From Dehalococcoidia bacterium (lineage in GTDB: Bacteria > Chloroflexota > Dehalococcoidia > GIF9 > AB-539-J10): a DNA stretch of 64,000 bases. The notes beneath the pieces were generated by a model. The model did not search any database. It worked only from the letters and a program-made list of their open reading frames with translations, and was not told the DNA's origin. This document shows positions 9,624-20,336 of the stretch, in pieces. Position 1 is the stretch's first letter. Every line of letters begins with the position of its first letter. A program made the translations under genes and the position numbers. The stretch is from assembly GCA_009619075.1 (NCBI GenBank), contig WJOY01000012.1, positions 8,507-72,506 of the forward strand, in the 5' to 3' direction.

Positions 9624-9791
9624 TTGCTAGAAGCAAAATGTCCCAAGTGTGGCTATCACTGTTACGGCTGGGCCTTAGTCAAATCAGAGGAGCGCGTCTG
9701 CCCGAAATGCGGTAGCAAACTAGAGCTCATTCACGAGCTCAAGCCGCAGAAAGAAAAGAAACGGGCAAACGAGAACAGCAATCTACGCTAG
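9624..9791 (+). CDS. Small zinc-ribbon protein (55 aa), missed by the ORF track
   Basis: TTG start after GGAAGGTG; MLEAKCPKCGYHCYGWALVKSEERVCPKCGSKLEL..., two CPKC knuckles. Confidence 0.75.
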   Translation: MLEAKCPKCGYHCYGWALVKSEERVCPKCGSKLELIHELKPQKEKKRANENSNLR

Positions 9792-9822
9792 GGTATTAAC
9801 TGAAGACCAAGAAAGGAACAAG

Positions 9823-11250
9823 CTAACCTTTCCCAGACGACCGCCGCCAAGTCCATTCTTCTAGAGCTAAAGCACCCCATAAAGCCAGTGATGCGGCCAA
9901 AGCTGATAACACGGCAATTAAGGCAGGATGTAGCCATACCCTTTCAGCTTGGACTGTAGGGGCTATCAGTGTTTCTCGCCAGCGGCTATCAAGCCCGTCT
10001 ATATCAAAACCATAAACCTGGGTTAAAGCTCCATCGTAGGTGTCACCTTCCTTGAAGAGGGTTAATAGATTGAGCATTTTATTTTCGCCATAATTGCGGA
10101 GAAGGTATTCCACCAGGCTATAACTCTGAGCATAGGAAAGATAAGCTTTTTCTGGTTCAGCGGAAAACGGACTGCACAAGCTGCGGACAGAAATTAGCTT
10201 ACCCTCAGAGATAGCCTGGCCCAAGTAGGCTCGGAAATAAGGGTCGAGTTCCCCCTCGTTATACATAGCTAAGCCCTCATCAAGCCAGGTGGGCAGTTCG
10301 CCATAGGGACTGAAAGTTGCCTGGTGAACGACTAAATGCGTCAGCTCGTGAACTAAAGCTTTTTTGCCCCAATCAAGCTGGTCTGGCGAAATGCCGATGG
10401 CAATTGTGCCAAACTCAGTAAAAGCGACACCTCCGGTCCACTCCCGGGGGAAAATCATGGCTCCTTGCAGGTCTCCAGCTGAAGCATAGATATATATCCT
10501 AATAGGCTTCGAGATTGCTTCGTCACTGTGCGCCTCACAATGACTGATGGGCTTCAATCTAGCAAGCCCTTGCTCACAAGCATCTATTAATTCCCGAGCA
10601 AAGGAATCATCTCCTTCATACCAGAAAAGGGTTAAATCACTCTTATTTAGGCTTTGCCAATTATAGCGGCCATCATCAAAATGCACTTCAGCTGGAGGAG
10701 TTTCAAGCTTATTTCCAGCAGCATCTCGTATCGTCCACCAATATGATATAGCCGCCCCAGGAGGCAAGCTCGATTTTCTCATATCCCAAACCCAACTAGT
10801 TTCCACTCTGGTTGCCGGAGCAAAGTCAGGCCAACCCTCGCTGGTAACCAGGGCATAATTCATCTTATCCACCTGATAATGAAGGTGCGCATCAACAATA
10901 TCAGTCTCACTCTCAGCTTCGATAGTGAAGACAAGCGCAATGGGAAAATGCACCTCCACGCTGCTATCCAAGACCGCGATGCCGCTATCAGCCTGTTTAT
11001 CTGTCACCCTGAGCCGAAGCTCTGACTCTGAACGCAGTGAAGAGGAAGAGTCCAGCGAAGGGTCTTCAGACGCCGCCCTGAGCATGACGAAGGGTTCTTC
11101 GCGGAGCCTGTCCTGAGCTAGATTCTTCGGTCGCTCCGCTCCCTCAGAATGACAGATAAGATTGCCCAGAATGTCGTTATCAGCTTGGACAAGGGAGGGG
11201 CTCAGTAGTAAGAAAAGAAGTAGAGTTACTAAGCCAATACGCTTAATCAT
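9823..11250 (-). CDS. Secreted/membrane peptidase MA-like metallopeptidase with in-frame palindromic insertions
   Basis: Signal peptide; LVHELTH...WLDEGLAMY gluzincin motifs; C-terminal TM segment. Confidence 0.85.
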   Translation of the reverse strand: MIKRIGLVTLLLFLLLSPSLVQADNDILGNLICHSEGAERPKNLAQDRLREEPFVMLRAASEDPSLDSSSSLRSESELRLRVTDKQADSGIAVLDSSVEVHFPIALVFTIEAESETDIVDAHLHYQVDKMNYALVTSEGWPDFAPATRVETSWVWDMRKSSLPPGAAISYWWTIRDAAGNKLETPPAEVHFDDGRYNWQSLNKSDLTLFWYEGDDSFARELIDACEQGLARLKPISHCEAHSDEAISKPIRIYIYASAGDLQGAMIFPREWTGGVAFTEFGTIAIGISPDQLDWGKKALVHELTHLVVHQATFSPYGELPTWLDEGLAMYNEGELDPYFRAYLGQAISEGKLISVRSLCSPFSAEPEKAYLSYAQSYSLVEYLLRNYGENKMLNLLTLFKEGDTYDGALTQVYGFDIDGLDSRWRETLIAPTVQAERVWLHPALIAVLSALAASLALWGALALEEWTWRRSSGKG

Positions 11251-12351
11251 TTCTCTTCGCCTACTTTGGAACGAAGATAGGCAGTGATAAATCCATCCAA
11301 ATCTCCATCTAATACAGCCTCAGCATTGGCTACCTCATAGTTAGTGCGATGGTCTTTTACCATTTTATAGGGATGAAGGACATAGCTTCTAATCTGACTC
11401 CCCCACTCAGCCTCGATACGCTTACCCTTAAGTTTGGCCTTTTCTTCCTCTTTCTTCACGCGCTCTAGCTCGAGGAGGCGAGTATAAAGGATTCTCAAGG
11501 CAGTCTCCTTATTCTGATGTTGAGACCTCTGACTCTGACAGGCAGCTACTAACCCAGTAGGCAAGTGAGTTATCCTAACAGCGCTACTTGTCTTCTGCAT
11601 ATGTTGCCCACCAGGGCCACTGGACCTAAAGGTATCTATTCTTAAATCTTCTGGGCTGATTTGGATATCCAGTTCCTTCTTTGCTTCAGGAAGAACTTCT
11701 ACTAAGGCAAAAGAGGTATGCCGAGCATGGTCAGCATCAAAGGGGGAAAGGCGAACTAACCGATGAACTCCATGCTCACATTTAAGATAGCCATAGGCGT
11801 AATCCCCTTTAACTTCCACGATGGCACTTTTGATGCCAGCCTCCTCACCAGGAGAGACATCCAATATTTCAGCTTGATAATCATGCCGCTCTGCCCACTT
11901 GAGGTACATCCGGAGTAACATATTTACCCAATCCTGAGACTCCGTGCCACCAGCGCCACTATGAAGGGCAAGCATGGCATTTCTGGCATCGTAATCACCA
12001 CTGAAAATCAACTGGCTCTCCAATCGCTCAAACTGAGAGGTCATTTTCTTCAGCTCCCGCTGTATCTCCGCCTTAAGGGAATAATCACCTTCCTCGACAG
12101 CTAGAGTTGCCATATCATAAAGGTCAGCGACTTCCCTCTCCAGCTGGCGCCAATTATGGACTAAATTTTTCTTCACCCCGAGCTGACGCATAATGGCTTG
12201 AGCTTTAGCCGAGTAGCGCCAAAAATCAGGACTAGCTGATTCGGCCTCTACTCTGGCAATTTCCTTCTCTTTACCAGGGATGTCAAAGATGCACCATTAT
12301 CTCTGAGACTCGGCGGCGTAAAGCTTCTAAATTTTCCCTTTCTTCCTCCAT
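11247..12351 (-). CDS. prfB: Peptide chain release factor 2, programmed +1 frameshift at CTT TGA C (12288-12282)
   Basis: 22-codon ORF MEEERENL...MVHL then CTT-TGA-C; +1 frame continues DIPGKEKEI...; SPF and GGQ motifs. Confidence 0.96.
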
Positions 12352-12365
12352 TTATCCTCCTTATA

Positions 12366-13067
12366 TCAAGTAAATAGCTTCCCTTGATAACTTGGCTCAA
12401 AGACTAGGTTGCCACCAGCAGCGAGGTGAGCTAAACGAGTAGGCTCAGGAAGACGATAGCTACGACAACACTTCATCACCCAGCATAGAGCCGAGGCAAG
12501 GTCAATCTTGTGACCCACAGAGACGTATATCGGTTTCGTTCCAATTTTAGTTCTTAATGCTGCTCCAACAGTCTCTCCATTATCAACCAGCTCAGCATGA
12601 GAACCAACTTCCTCCCCTACAGGCTCATGCCTGCCGCAAAGGATAGATTTAGCACAACCTATGGTGGGCACATCGAGAAAAAGTCCCAAATGTGAGGCAA
12701 GCCCTAACCGCCTGGGATGAGCTATCCCTTGACCATCAACTAGAACAAAGTCAGGGGTATTACATAGCTTTTCACAAGCAGCCAGTATTAAAGGGCACTC
12801 CCGGAAGGATAATAGGCCTGGTATGTAGGGGAAAGTAATCTTGCTTTCAGCAGTTTTAATTTCCACTACACTAAACTCAGGATAGCTAAGGACCACCACT
12901 GCTCCTCGAGCTATGCCTTGAGAGTTGGGAGAGGATATATCAACGCCGGCAACAAGATGTGGATTAATGCCCTGGTTCTTAGTCACTACTTTTCTTGCCA
13001 AGCTCAATTGTATCTCCTTAGCTTGAGCAAAGTTCATATCCCACCCATGCAATTTGTTTACTTTCAT
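12366..13067 (-). CDS. nfi: Endonuclease V
   Basis: VAGVD, FPYIPGLLSFRE, VDGQGIAHPRRLGLASH, RLPEPTR. Confidence 0.96.
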   Translation of the reverse strand: MKVNKLHGWDMNFAQAKEIQLSLARKVVTKNQGINPHLVAGVDISSPNSQGIARGAVVVLSYPEFSVVEIKTAESKITFPYIPGLLSFRECPLILAACEKLCNTPDFVLVDGQGIAHPRRLGLASHLGLFLDVPTIGCAKSILCGRHEPVGEEVGSHAELVDNGETVGAALRTKIGTKPIYVSVGHKIDLASALCWVMKCCRSYRLPEPTRLAHLAAGGNLVFEPSYQGKLFT

Positions 13068-13169
13068 AATCTTAGTCAAATTATAAAGCATTCTTCCCCA
13101 ATGGCAAACCTTAAAGCCACAAAACACAAAACCATTGACAATTACAATTGCTTAAGGGATAATAGTTAA

Positions 13170-13445
13170 GTGGTTAAAATCAGATTACGCCGGGTAGGAA
13201 GGAAACATAAACCAATCTACCGAGTGGTAGTAGCTAATAGCCGGTCACCTCGTGATGGCAAATTTATCGAGACCATCGGACATTACAATCCTTTAACCGA
13301 CCCTGCTACTGTTGATATTAACGAGGAAAAAGCATTAAAATGGCTTAACTGTGGGGCTCAGCCCACAGATACTGTTTATAGCTTATTGCGCAAATTAGGT
13401 ATTATGGATAAATTTAAGCAACAGCAAACCTCAAACCAAAATTAG
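13170..13445 (+). CDS. rpsP: 30S ribosomal protein S16
   Basis: [32 protein letters not shown]-17-GATAAT just upstream (probably leaderless). Confidence 0.98.
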   Translation: MVKIRLRRVGRKHKPIYRVVVANSRSPRDGKFIETIGHYNPLTDPATVDINEEKALKWLNCGAQPTDTVYSLLRKLGIMDKFKQQQTSNQN

Positions 13446-13461
13446 CTGTTAAGGAGACAAA

Positions 13462-13689
13462 ATGAAGGAGTTAGTAGAATACATTGTTAAATCCATCGTG
13501 GCAGAGCCAGACAAGGTAAACATTACTGAAGAAAATAGTGATATAGGCTTATTGATCAAATTGGAAGTCGCTCCGGAGGATAAAGGCAGGGTTATCGGTA
13601 GACAAGGTCGGGTAGCCGAAGCGATACGCACTTTACTCCGAGTAAAGGCAGCCAGGGCTGATACTAGAGTCAGATTAGAAATATTGTAA
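13462..13689 (+). CDS. khpA: KH-domain RNA-binding protein
   Basis: MKELVEYIVKSIV..DKGRVIGRQGR; follows rpsP. Confidence 0.95.
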   Translation: MKELVEYIVKSIVAEPDKVNITEENSDIGLLIKLEVAPEDKGRVIGRQGRVAEAIRTLLRVKAARADTRVRLEIL

Positions 13690-13774
13690 CAAAACTGGCT
13701 TTCTGTGCTTTCCTCCACCTGTGGCTCCTTCTCTCAGCTATCTTTAACCTGACTAAGGAGCTGCTCATGAATCT

Positions 13775-14296
13775 TCAAGATTTGCGCTTCTTAAAATCTT
13801 CTAGATCAAGTGTACTTATGAAGTCTTTATACGCCGACAACTTCTTCAGTTCCTCCTCGCTGACCTTGCCTTTAGAAATAGGCTTACCTGTTTCCTCTTC
13901 AAGTGTAATGCCAGCTTTATCCAGTACCGATTCTTCAGCATATATCGGCGCCCCGGTTCTTACCGCTAAAGCTAAAGCATCGCTAGGCCGAGAATCAATC
14001 TCGACCTCCGTGCCATCAACGCTAAGAAAAAGCTTGGCATAAAAGGTATCGTTTTTAAGCTCATTAACCACAATAAAATTAACCGAAGCTCCTAAAGCAC
14101 TAATGACAGATTGTAACAAATCGTGTGTCAGGGGGCGGGACAGCTCGATATTCGCCAGTTTTACCGCAATAGCATCTGCCACGTCAGGACCAATCCAGAT
14201 AGGCAAATACCGGTTAGCCACTTTCTCCTTCAAAATGACCACGCACTGATTCCTCATTGCCGTGGCCCGGAGTTGATTAATTTCCATCTCTATCAT
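13775..14296 (-). CDS. Bifunctional nuclease family (DUF151)
   Basis: YLPIWIG, RPLTHDLL, DSRPSDALALA. Confidence 0.93.
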   Translation of the reverse strand: MIEMEINQLRATAMRNQCVVILKEKVANRYLPIWIGPDVADAIAVKLANIELSRPLTHDLLQSVISALGASVNFIVVNELKNDTFYAKLFLSVDGTEVEIDSRPSDALALAVRTGAPIYAEESVLDKAGITLEEETGKPISKGKVSEEELKKLSAYKDFISTLDLEDFKKRKS

Positions 14297-14444
14297 GGTA
14301 ACACCCCCTTTAGCCAAGCTTTTATTTTACCCCTATAAATCCTACTGAATAAATAAACTTAAGTCAACTATTTTAGCCGATTGAGCCAAAATTGGCTCCT
14401 TTTCAATTACTACGATTTGGAATTGTTTAGAAACAACTATTACC

Positions 14445-14540
14445 TGTCATTCTGAGTCCTTCATTCCTTGTCATTCTGAGGGATTAGCCGAAGCCCTGAG
14501 CAAAGCGAAGGGACAGCGACCGAAGAGTCTCATATCGCTC
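14445..14540. repeat. REP-like palindrome cluster
   Basis: tgtcattctgag twice, gcgaccgaaga. Confidence 0.7.
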
Positions 14541-14627
14541 AGTGTAAGCATTTGTTTGACCCCACCCCACATGATACAATTCAACCATCACGGCAAAGGG
14601 AGACGTAGAAGCAAAACTAAGGCTTTG

Positions 14628-15641
14628 ATGGTTCACGAATTGGGCATACGGCAGCAAATAGAGGAGCGGGAGGAAAGCCTTTCCCCTTATGCCGTTAAGA
14701 GCAAATTCAGCCGGGGCAGGCTGAGATGGGAGGAGCCATGTCCTATAAGAACTTGCTTTCAGCGCGATCGTGATCGTATCATCCACTCCAAAGCTTTTCG
14801 CCGCCTCAAGCATAAGACACAGGTCTTTATTGCCCCTTTAGGTGACCATTATGTCACCAGGCTTACTCATACCTTGGAGGTCTCCCAAATTGCCAGAACT
14901 ATATCACGAGCCTTGAATCTTAACGAGGATTTAAGCGAAGCTATCGCCTTAGGACATGACTTGGGGCATACCCCTTTTGGTCATATAGGTGAAGAGGTTT
15001 TAAACGAACTTTACCCCGGTGGCTTCAGACATAATGAGCAAAGCTTGCGAGTAGTTGACCTGCTGGAGAAAGATGGGCAGGGACTTAATCTTACCTGGGA
15101 AGTGCGAGACGGCATCCTTAAACATTCCAAAGGGGAAGCAGCTATCTTAGGAGAAGAATGGGAAGATATGAGCACCCTAGAAGGTCAAGTATGCAAATTA
15201 GCAGATATAATTGCTTATGTTAACCACGATATTGGTGACGCTATAAGGGCTGGCATCATTAGCGAAAACGACTTGCCTGAGCAAGCAGTGAAAATCCTAG
15301 GCCATACACATTCCCAACGAATTAATACCCTGGTCTGCGATGTTGTGAACTGCTCTTGGGCAAAACCAATTATCTCTATGAGCCCGGAAGTTATCAGGGC
15401 AACTAATGGCCTCCGCCAGTTCCTATTTGAAAAAGTATATAAACCCAGCCTAGCCACCAAAGAAGCAGCCAAGGCAAGAAAAACGCTGCACCTCCTCTAC
15501 TCCTATTTCCTGAAACATGAAGATAAATTACCCCCAGAATTTGCCTCTCTGGACGATACCGGGGAACGCAAAGTTGCCGATTACATTGCTGGAATGACTG
15601 ACCAATATGCGCTACGATTAGCCGAGGAGATATTTAAATGA
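14628..15641 (+). CDS. dgt: dGTP triphosphohydrolase
   Basis: [45 protein letters not shown]. Confidence 0.96.
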   Translation: MVHELGIRQQIEEREESLSPYAVKSKFSRGRLRWEEPCPIRTCFQRDRDRIIHSKAFRRLKHKTQVFIAPLGDHYVTRLTHTLEVSQIARTISRALNLNEDLSEAIALGHDLGHTPFGHIGEEVLNELYPGGFRHNEQSLRVVDLLEKDGQGLNLTWEVRDGILKHSKGEAAILGEEWEDMSTLEGQVCKLADIIAYVNHDIGDAIRAGIISENDLPEQAVKILGHTHSQRINTLVCDVVNCSWAKPIISMSPEVIRATNGLRQFLFEKVYKPSLATKEAAKARKTLHLLYSYFLKHEDKLPPEFASLDDTGERKVADYIAGMTDQYALRLAEEIFK

Positions 15642-17491
15642 GCGTCATCAGCGAAGTAAAACAAAAAATGGACATTGTAGAAGTCATCTCTGATTACGTT
15701 CCTTTACAAAAAGCAGGGCGTAATTTTAAAGCTTTATGTCCCTTTCACAGCGAGAAACACCCCTCCTTTTTTGTCTTCCCAGAACAACAGACCTGGCACT
15801 GCTTTGGCGCCTGTGGCACCGGAGGCGATGTCTTCTCCTTCGTCATGAAGAAGGAAGGAATTGATTTTGGTCAAGCTCTCCGCCTCTTAGCTCAAAGAGC
15901 AGGTATAACTCTAAGTTCACCCGAGATATCAAAAAGCGCTGAAGATAAAAAGAGGGAGAGATTATTCCAGATTAATGAGGCAGCAGCCGAATACTACCGC
16001 CACTTACTTTTCAATACTAAAGCCGGTGAGCCAGCTAGAGCTTATCTCAGCAAAAGAAAAATCACACCCGAAACTATGGAGAAATTCCGATTAGGTTTTA
16101 GCCCCGATAGTTGGGAAGCACTAAAGAAATTCTTAATGAGCAAAGGATATGAAGAAAGGGAACTATTTGAGGCTGGCTTGATAATAGAGAAGGAGGGGGG
16201 AGGTAATTATGATAGGTTTCGCAACCGATTGATGTTCCCCATATGTGATATTCAAGGCCGGGTCACTGGCTTTGGAGCAAGGGTATTAGATGAATCTTTA
16301 CCTAAATACATTAACTCGCCTCAGACACCAATTTTTGATAAGAGCGGCAACCTTTACGGCATTGACCAGGCTAAGCTCGCTGCTAGACAAAAAAACTTGG
16401 TAATAATCGTCGAGGGTTATATGGATGTCCTTAGAGCCCATCAACATGGCTGGCAAAATGTAGTTGCCTCAATGGGAACCTCCGTGACTGAAAAACAAGT
16501 AGCCATTGTTAAGAGGTCAAGCAAAAATATAGCTCTATCTCTTGATGCCGATGCTGCTGGGGAGGAAGCTACTTTGCGAAGTGCCGAGGTATTAATTGAT
16601 TCCCTGGAAAAAAAGGTAACGCCAATCCCTACCTGGTCTGGATTAGTAAAATACGAAAATATTCTTAATGCTGAGATAAAGGTTATTCCTTTGCCTCAGG
16701 GCAAAGACCCCGATAAAGTGATAGATGAGAGTCCCGACCTTTGGCAAAACCTGGTGGAACAAGCCCTACCTATGCTGGATTTTGCCTTTGAGACTATAAT
16801 AAGTAAGATTGATTTCAATAAAGCCAAGGATAAGTCTCTAGCGATACAGAAATTGCTGCCCTTAGTTTATGAAATAAAAGACCCCGTACGGCAAGCTCAC
16901 TATGTGCAAAAATTAGCCCGCCGACTAACCATTAGCGAATCTATACTGGCAACCACTTTGAGAAAATCACCCGCCGCTAAGAAAAGACAACGATTAAGCG
17001 AGGCAATAGAACAATCTCGCTTCACTCAGCAACTCGTGTCCAATCCTATTGAGGAATATTGCTTGGCTCTGCTGCTCCAATATCCAGAACTTCGCCAGGA
17101 GGCTCGAGGGTTGTCAACAGAGCATTTTGAAAGCACCGAGAATCGCGAGATTTTCATCAAGTGGCAACGCACCGAAGACATTGCTAAGCTTAAAGAGAAA
17201 CTTGACGCCAATCTATTAGAACACCTAAACTACTTAATGAATAAGCCAATTCTGGATGAAAATGACTGGGAGCGGCAACACGCTCTGAACGATTGCATTC
17301 TTAGTTTGCAAGAGAGATTCTCAAGAAGGTTGGAGGCTGGTAGAGAACTAATGTTCAATCTTACCCGGGAGAAAGAGGGCCTGAATGCCGAGCTAGCTAA
17401 ACTGGATGAAGAGGGAATAAGTTCCAGTGAGCAACTCAAGGAGATCTTCATTAAACGAGGGAAACCAGCGAGAACAAAAGAGGTTAGATGA
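15638..17491 (+). CDS. dnaG: DNA primase
   Basis: [11 protein letters not shown] zinc finger, DRFRNR, KYINSP, VEGYMD TOPRIM. Confidence 0.98.
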   Translation: MSVISEVKQKMDIVEVISDYVPLQKAGRNFKALCPFHSEKHPSFFVFPEQQTWHCFGACGTGGDVFSFVMKKEGIDFGQALRLLAQRAGITLSSPEISKSAEDKKRERLFQINEAAAEYYRHLLFNTKAGEPARAYLSKRKITPETMEKFRLGFSPDSWEALKKFLMSKGYEERELFEAGLIIEKEGGGNYDRFRNRLMFPICDIQGRVTGFGARVLDESLPKYINSPQTPIFDKSGNLYGIDQAKLAARQKNLVIIVEGYMDVLRAHQHGWQNVVASMGTSVTEKQVAIVKRSSKNIALSLDADAAGEEATLRSAEVLIDSLEKKVTPIPTWSGLVKYENILNAEIKVIPLPQGKDPDKVIDESPDLWQNLVEQALPMLDFAFETIISKIDFNKAKDKSLAIQKLLPLVYEIKDPVRQAHYVQKLARRLTISESILATTLRKSPAAKKRQRLSEAIEQSRFTQQLVSNPIEEYCLALLLQYPELRQEARGLSTEHFESTENREIFIKWQRTEDIAKLKEKLDANLLEHLNYLMNKPILDENDWERQHALNDCILSLQERFSRRLEAGRELMFNLTREKEGLNAELAKLDEEGISSSEQLKEIFIKRGKPARTKEVR

Positions 17492-18951
17492 TGGATTTAA
17501 TTAAAGGCAGAACTCCTGGCATAAATGAGGATGAGGAATCACCTCTAGAAGAGACTCCCGCCGACGATGGTGAAGCTGAGGTTAGTGGTGCCGCACTTGA
17601 GGAAGAGACTGCGGAGGAAGTGACCACCAAAGAAGCTAAGCCACTAGTAGTAGCGGCGGAGGAACAGGAGATAATTGATGACTTAGCTCGCATGTACCTT
17701 CGCGACATCGGCAGGGTGCCACTTCTCACAGCTGCTGAAGAGAAGGAACTATCCAGCAAAATAGAGCAAAGAAACCACTTGAGGAAAATTGAAGACGCAC
17801 ACTTCAAGAAGCACAGGAAATTTCCTTCAGCAGTTGACATAGTAGTTGATCTAATTTCTCAACTATCCCGGGCTTACCCTATCATGGAAGTCGTCAAAGA
17901 GCACTGTGGCATCGAGATCTCTTGTAGTCTAGCAGAGACAAGCACAAATCCTAAATTTCGCGCTGCTATCGATAATGAGCTAGCCTTAGAATTGGTAACA
18001 GCCATTGCCCAAAAGACAGGCAAAGAAGCTGCCGCAGCAGAGGAAGCCATAATAAACCTTTCTTTGAACAGCCGCCTCTTGCCACCACAATCGTTGGTCC
18101 TTATTGGAGATAAAACTTCAGGGCAAGAGATAAAGGCTCTCCTGGCTAGCAACAAATTCCTCTCCCAGCTTCACTCCTATAACGAGCAGTTTAAAACCCA
18201 CTTTGAAGAGGTAAGGGCTGAGGCAAAAAGGGCAGAAGAACACCTCACTGAGGCAAACCTGCGCCTAGTGGTTAGCATAGCCAGGAAATACATCGGACAT
18301 GGTATGTCCCTCCTCGACCTTATCCAAGAGGGGAATATTGGCCTTATGCGAGCGGTAGACAAGTTTCGGCATAGAAAAGGTTACAAGTTCAGCACTTACG
18401 CCACTTGGTGGATCAGACAAGGCACCACTCGATCCATAGCTGACCAATCTCGCACTATTCGCATCCCAGTGCATATGGTAGAAACAATCAATAAGTTACT
18501 GCGGACGATGCGACAGCTAACTCAGGAACTTGGGCGCGAACCAAGCTATAAAGAAATTGGCGACCAATTAAATATGACTCCCGAAAGGGTAGAGGAAATT
18601 ATAGACCTATTTCACCATGAGCCGATATCGCTGGAGACACCTATCGGCGCAGAGGAGAACAGTCGCTTGGGGGACTTTGTCGAAGACCGTACTAGCCTGG
18701 CGCCAATCGAAGCTGCTTCACAGCAGTTACTCAAAGAACAGATAGATAGGGTGCTTGATGAGCTTACCCCAAGGGAGAAAAGGGTGCTACAGCTCAGATT
18801 CGGCCTCAAGGATGGGCATACCCGAACCTTGGAAGAAGTGGGGCACGAATTCAATGTAACTCGAGAGAGGATTCGCCAGATTGAAGCTAAAGCTTTGCGC
18901 AAGTTGCGCCACCCTAGCAAGAGTCGAAAACTCAGGGATTATTTAGAGTAA
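17488..18951 (+). CDS. rpoD: Primary sigma factor
   Basis: [42 protein letters not shown]. Confidence 0.97.
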   Translation: MMDLIKGRTPGINEDEESPLEETPADDGEAEVSGAALEEETAEEVTTKEAKPLVVAAEEQEIIDDLARMYLRDIGRVPLLTAAEEKELSSKIEQRNHLRKIEDAHFKKHRKFPSAVDIVVDLISQLSRAYPIMEVVKEHCGIEISCSLAETSTNPKFRAAIDNELALELVTAIAQKTGKEAAAAEEAIINLSLNSRLLPPQSLVLIGDKTSGQEIKALLASNKFLSQLHSYNEQFKTHFEEVRAEAKRAEEHLTEANLRLVVSIARKYIGHGMSLLDLIQEGNIGLMRAVDKFRHRKGYKFSTYATWWIRQGTTRSIADQSRTIRIPVHMVETINKLLRTMRQLTQELGREPSYKEIGDQLNMTPERVEEIIDLFHHEPISLETPIGAEENSRLGDFVEDRTSLAPIEAASQQLLKEQIDRVLDELTPREKRVLQLRFGLKDGHTRTLEEVGHEFNVTRERIRQIEAKALRKLRHPSKSRKLRDYLE

Positions 18952-18993
18952 GCGCTACCAAATTGGTTAGCTCTTGTATCTGATAAATCGATT

Positions 18994-19470
18994 ATGGAAC
19001 AGCTTTGGGCACCATGGCGAATGCAATATGTTACTAGGCCGAAAGAGACTGGCTGCATCCTGTGCCAAAAATCTAAAGAAAATAAGGACGAGACGAACTT
19101 CATCCTTCACCGCAGCCAAAATAACTTCATAATCTTGAATGCCTTCCCCTATAACCCGGGACACCTAATGATAGCCCCTTATCGCCATATAGCAAATCTG
19201 CAGGACTTATCAGATGCCGAGATAACAGACCACTTCAATCTTGTGAAGAAAAGCTTGGCTCTTTTAAAAGAGATGCTTAATCCCGATGGCTTCAACATAG
19301 GTTTAAACATAGGCAAGGTCGCTGGAGCTGGAATAGAAGAACATCTCCATACTCATATAGTGCCCCGATGGCAAGGTGATGTTAACTTTATGCCCGTATT
19401 GTCCAATACCAGGGTAATATCAGAGGAGTTAGCTGCCACTTATAAAAAGCTAAGGGTCGCTATTGAGTAA
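18994..19470 (+). CDS. HIT-family hydrolase
   Basis: LWAPWR, NAFPYNPGH, HLHTHIVPRW. Confidence 0.95.
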   Translation: MEQLWAPWRMQYVTRPKETGCILCQKSKENKDETNFILHRSQNNFIILNAFPYNPGHLMIAPYRHIANLQDLSDAEITDHFNLVKKSLALLKEMLNPDGFNIGLNIGKVAGAGIEEHLHTHIVPRWQGDVNFMPVLSNTRVISEELAATYKKLRVAIE

Positions 19471-19474
19471 ATTG

Positions 19475-20290
19475 CTACTCAGCTTGAGGATAAGAGCCTA
19501 GAACTTTGACAAAGGTGGTTACCTGTTCAAGCTCTTTTATAGCCTCTTGATAAACTTCACTATCTATGTGCCCTTCAAAATCGGTATAAAAAACATACTC
19601 CCATGGTTTGCTTTTACTTGGCCTGGACTCTAATTTCGTCAGATTTATATTCCTAATGGCGAATATGCCCAGGACTTTATATAGGGCACCAGGCACATTT
19701 TCCGTGGCAACGACGAGAGAGGTCTTGTTTTTTAATGCTGGCTTAGTTTTCTCCCTTGAGATAGCAAAAAACCTGGTGTAATTATTAACATTAGTTTCAA
19801 TTTCGGGTGCCAAGATCTCTAAAACATAAATATTAGCCGCTCTCTTACTAGCTATAGCAGCACATCCCTTCAGTTCTCTCTCCTTTATCATTTTGGCGCT
19901 GCCGGCAGTATCATAACTAGGCACAACTTCGACCTTCAATTTGGTTAGAAATTCCCCACATTGAGCCAAAGCTTGGGGATGAGAGTAAATCGTTCTTATA
20001 CTAGTCAGATTTTCCCCAGGCAAAGCCATTAGGCAGTGGCTTACTCTGAGAATGACCTCAGCAAATATATTAAGAGGATATGCTAGTAACAAATCATAGG
20101 TCTCAGCTAATGTACCAGCTTGAGAGTTCTCCACAGGGACTACGCCAAAATCAACGCTGACTTCCAACACAGCCTGGAAAACGTCTCGGAGGTGGATACA
20201 AGGCAAAAAATCGATGCCCTCACCAAAAAGCTTCACCGCAGCATCCTCACTAAAAGCACCCCTTTCTCCCTGAAAAGCAACCTTAATCAT
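19475..20290 (-). CDS. pheA: Prephenate dehydratase
   Basis: VAFQGERGAFSE, SHPQALAQC, NYTRF, LTKLESRP. Confidence 0.96.
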   Translation of the reverse strand: MIKVAFQGERGAFSEDAAVKLFGEGIDFLPCIHLRDVFQAVLEVSVDFGVVPVENSQAGTLAETYDLLLAYPLNIFAEVILRVSHCLMALPGENLTSIRTIYSHPQALAQCGEFLTKLKVEVVPSYDTAGSAKMIKERELKGCAAIASKRAANIYVLEILAPEIETNVNNYTRFFAISREKTKPALKNKTSLVVATENVPGALYKVLGIFAIRNINLTKLESRPSKSKPWEYVFYTDFEGHIDSEVYQEAIKELEQVTTFVKVLGSYPQAE

Positions 20291-20336
20291 TGTTCCACTA
20301 AGTATAGCTTGGTTGTTTCCGCTTTTCCATTATAAA

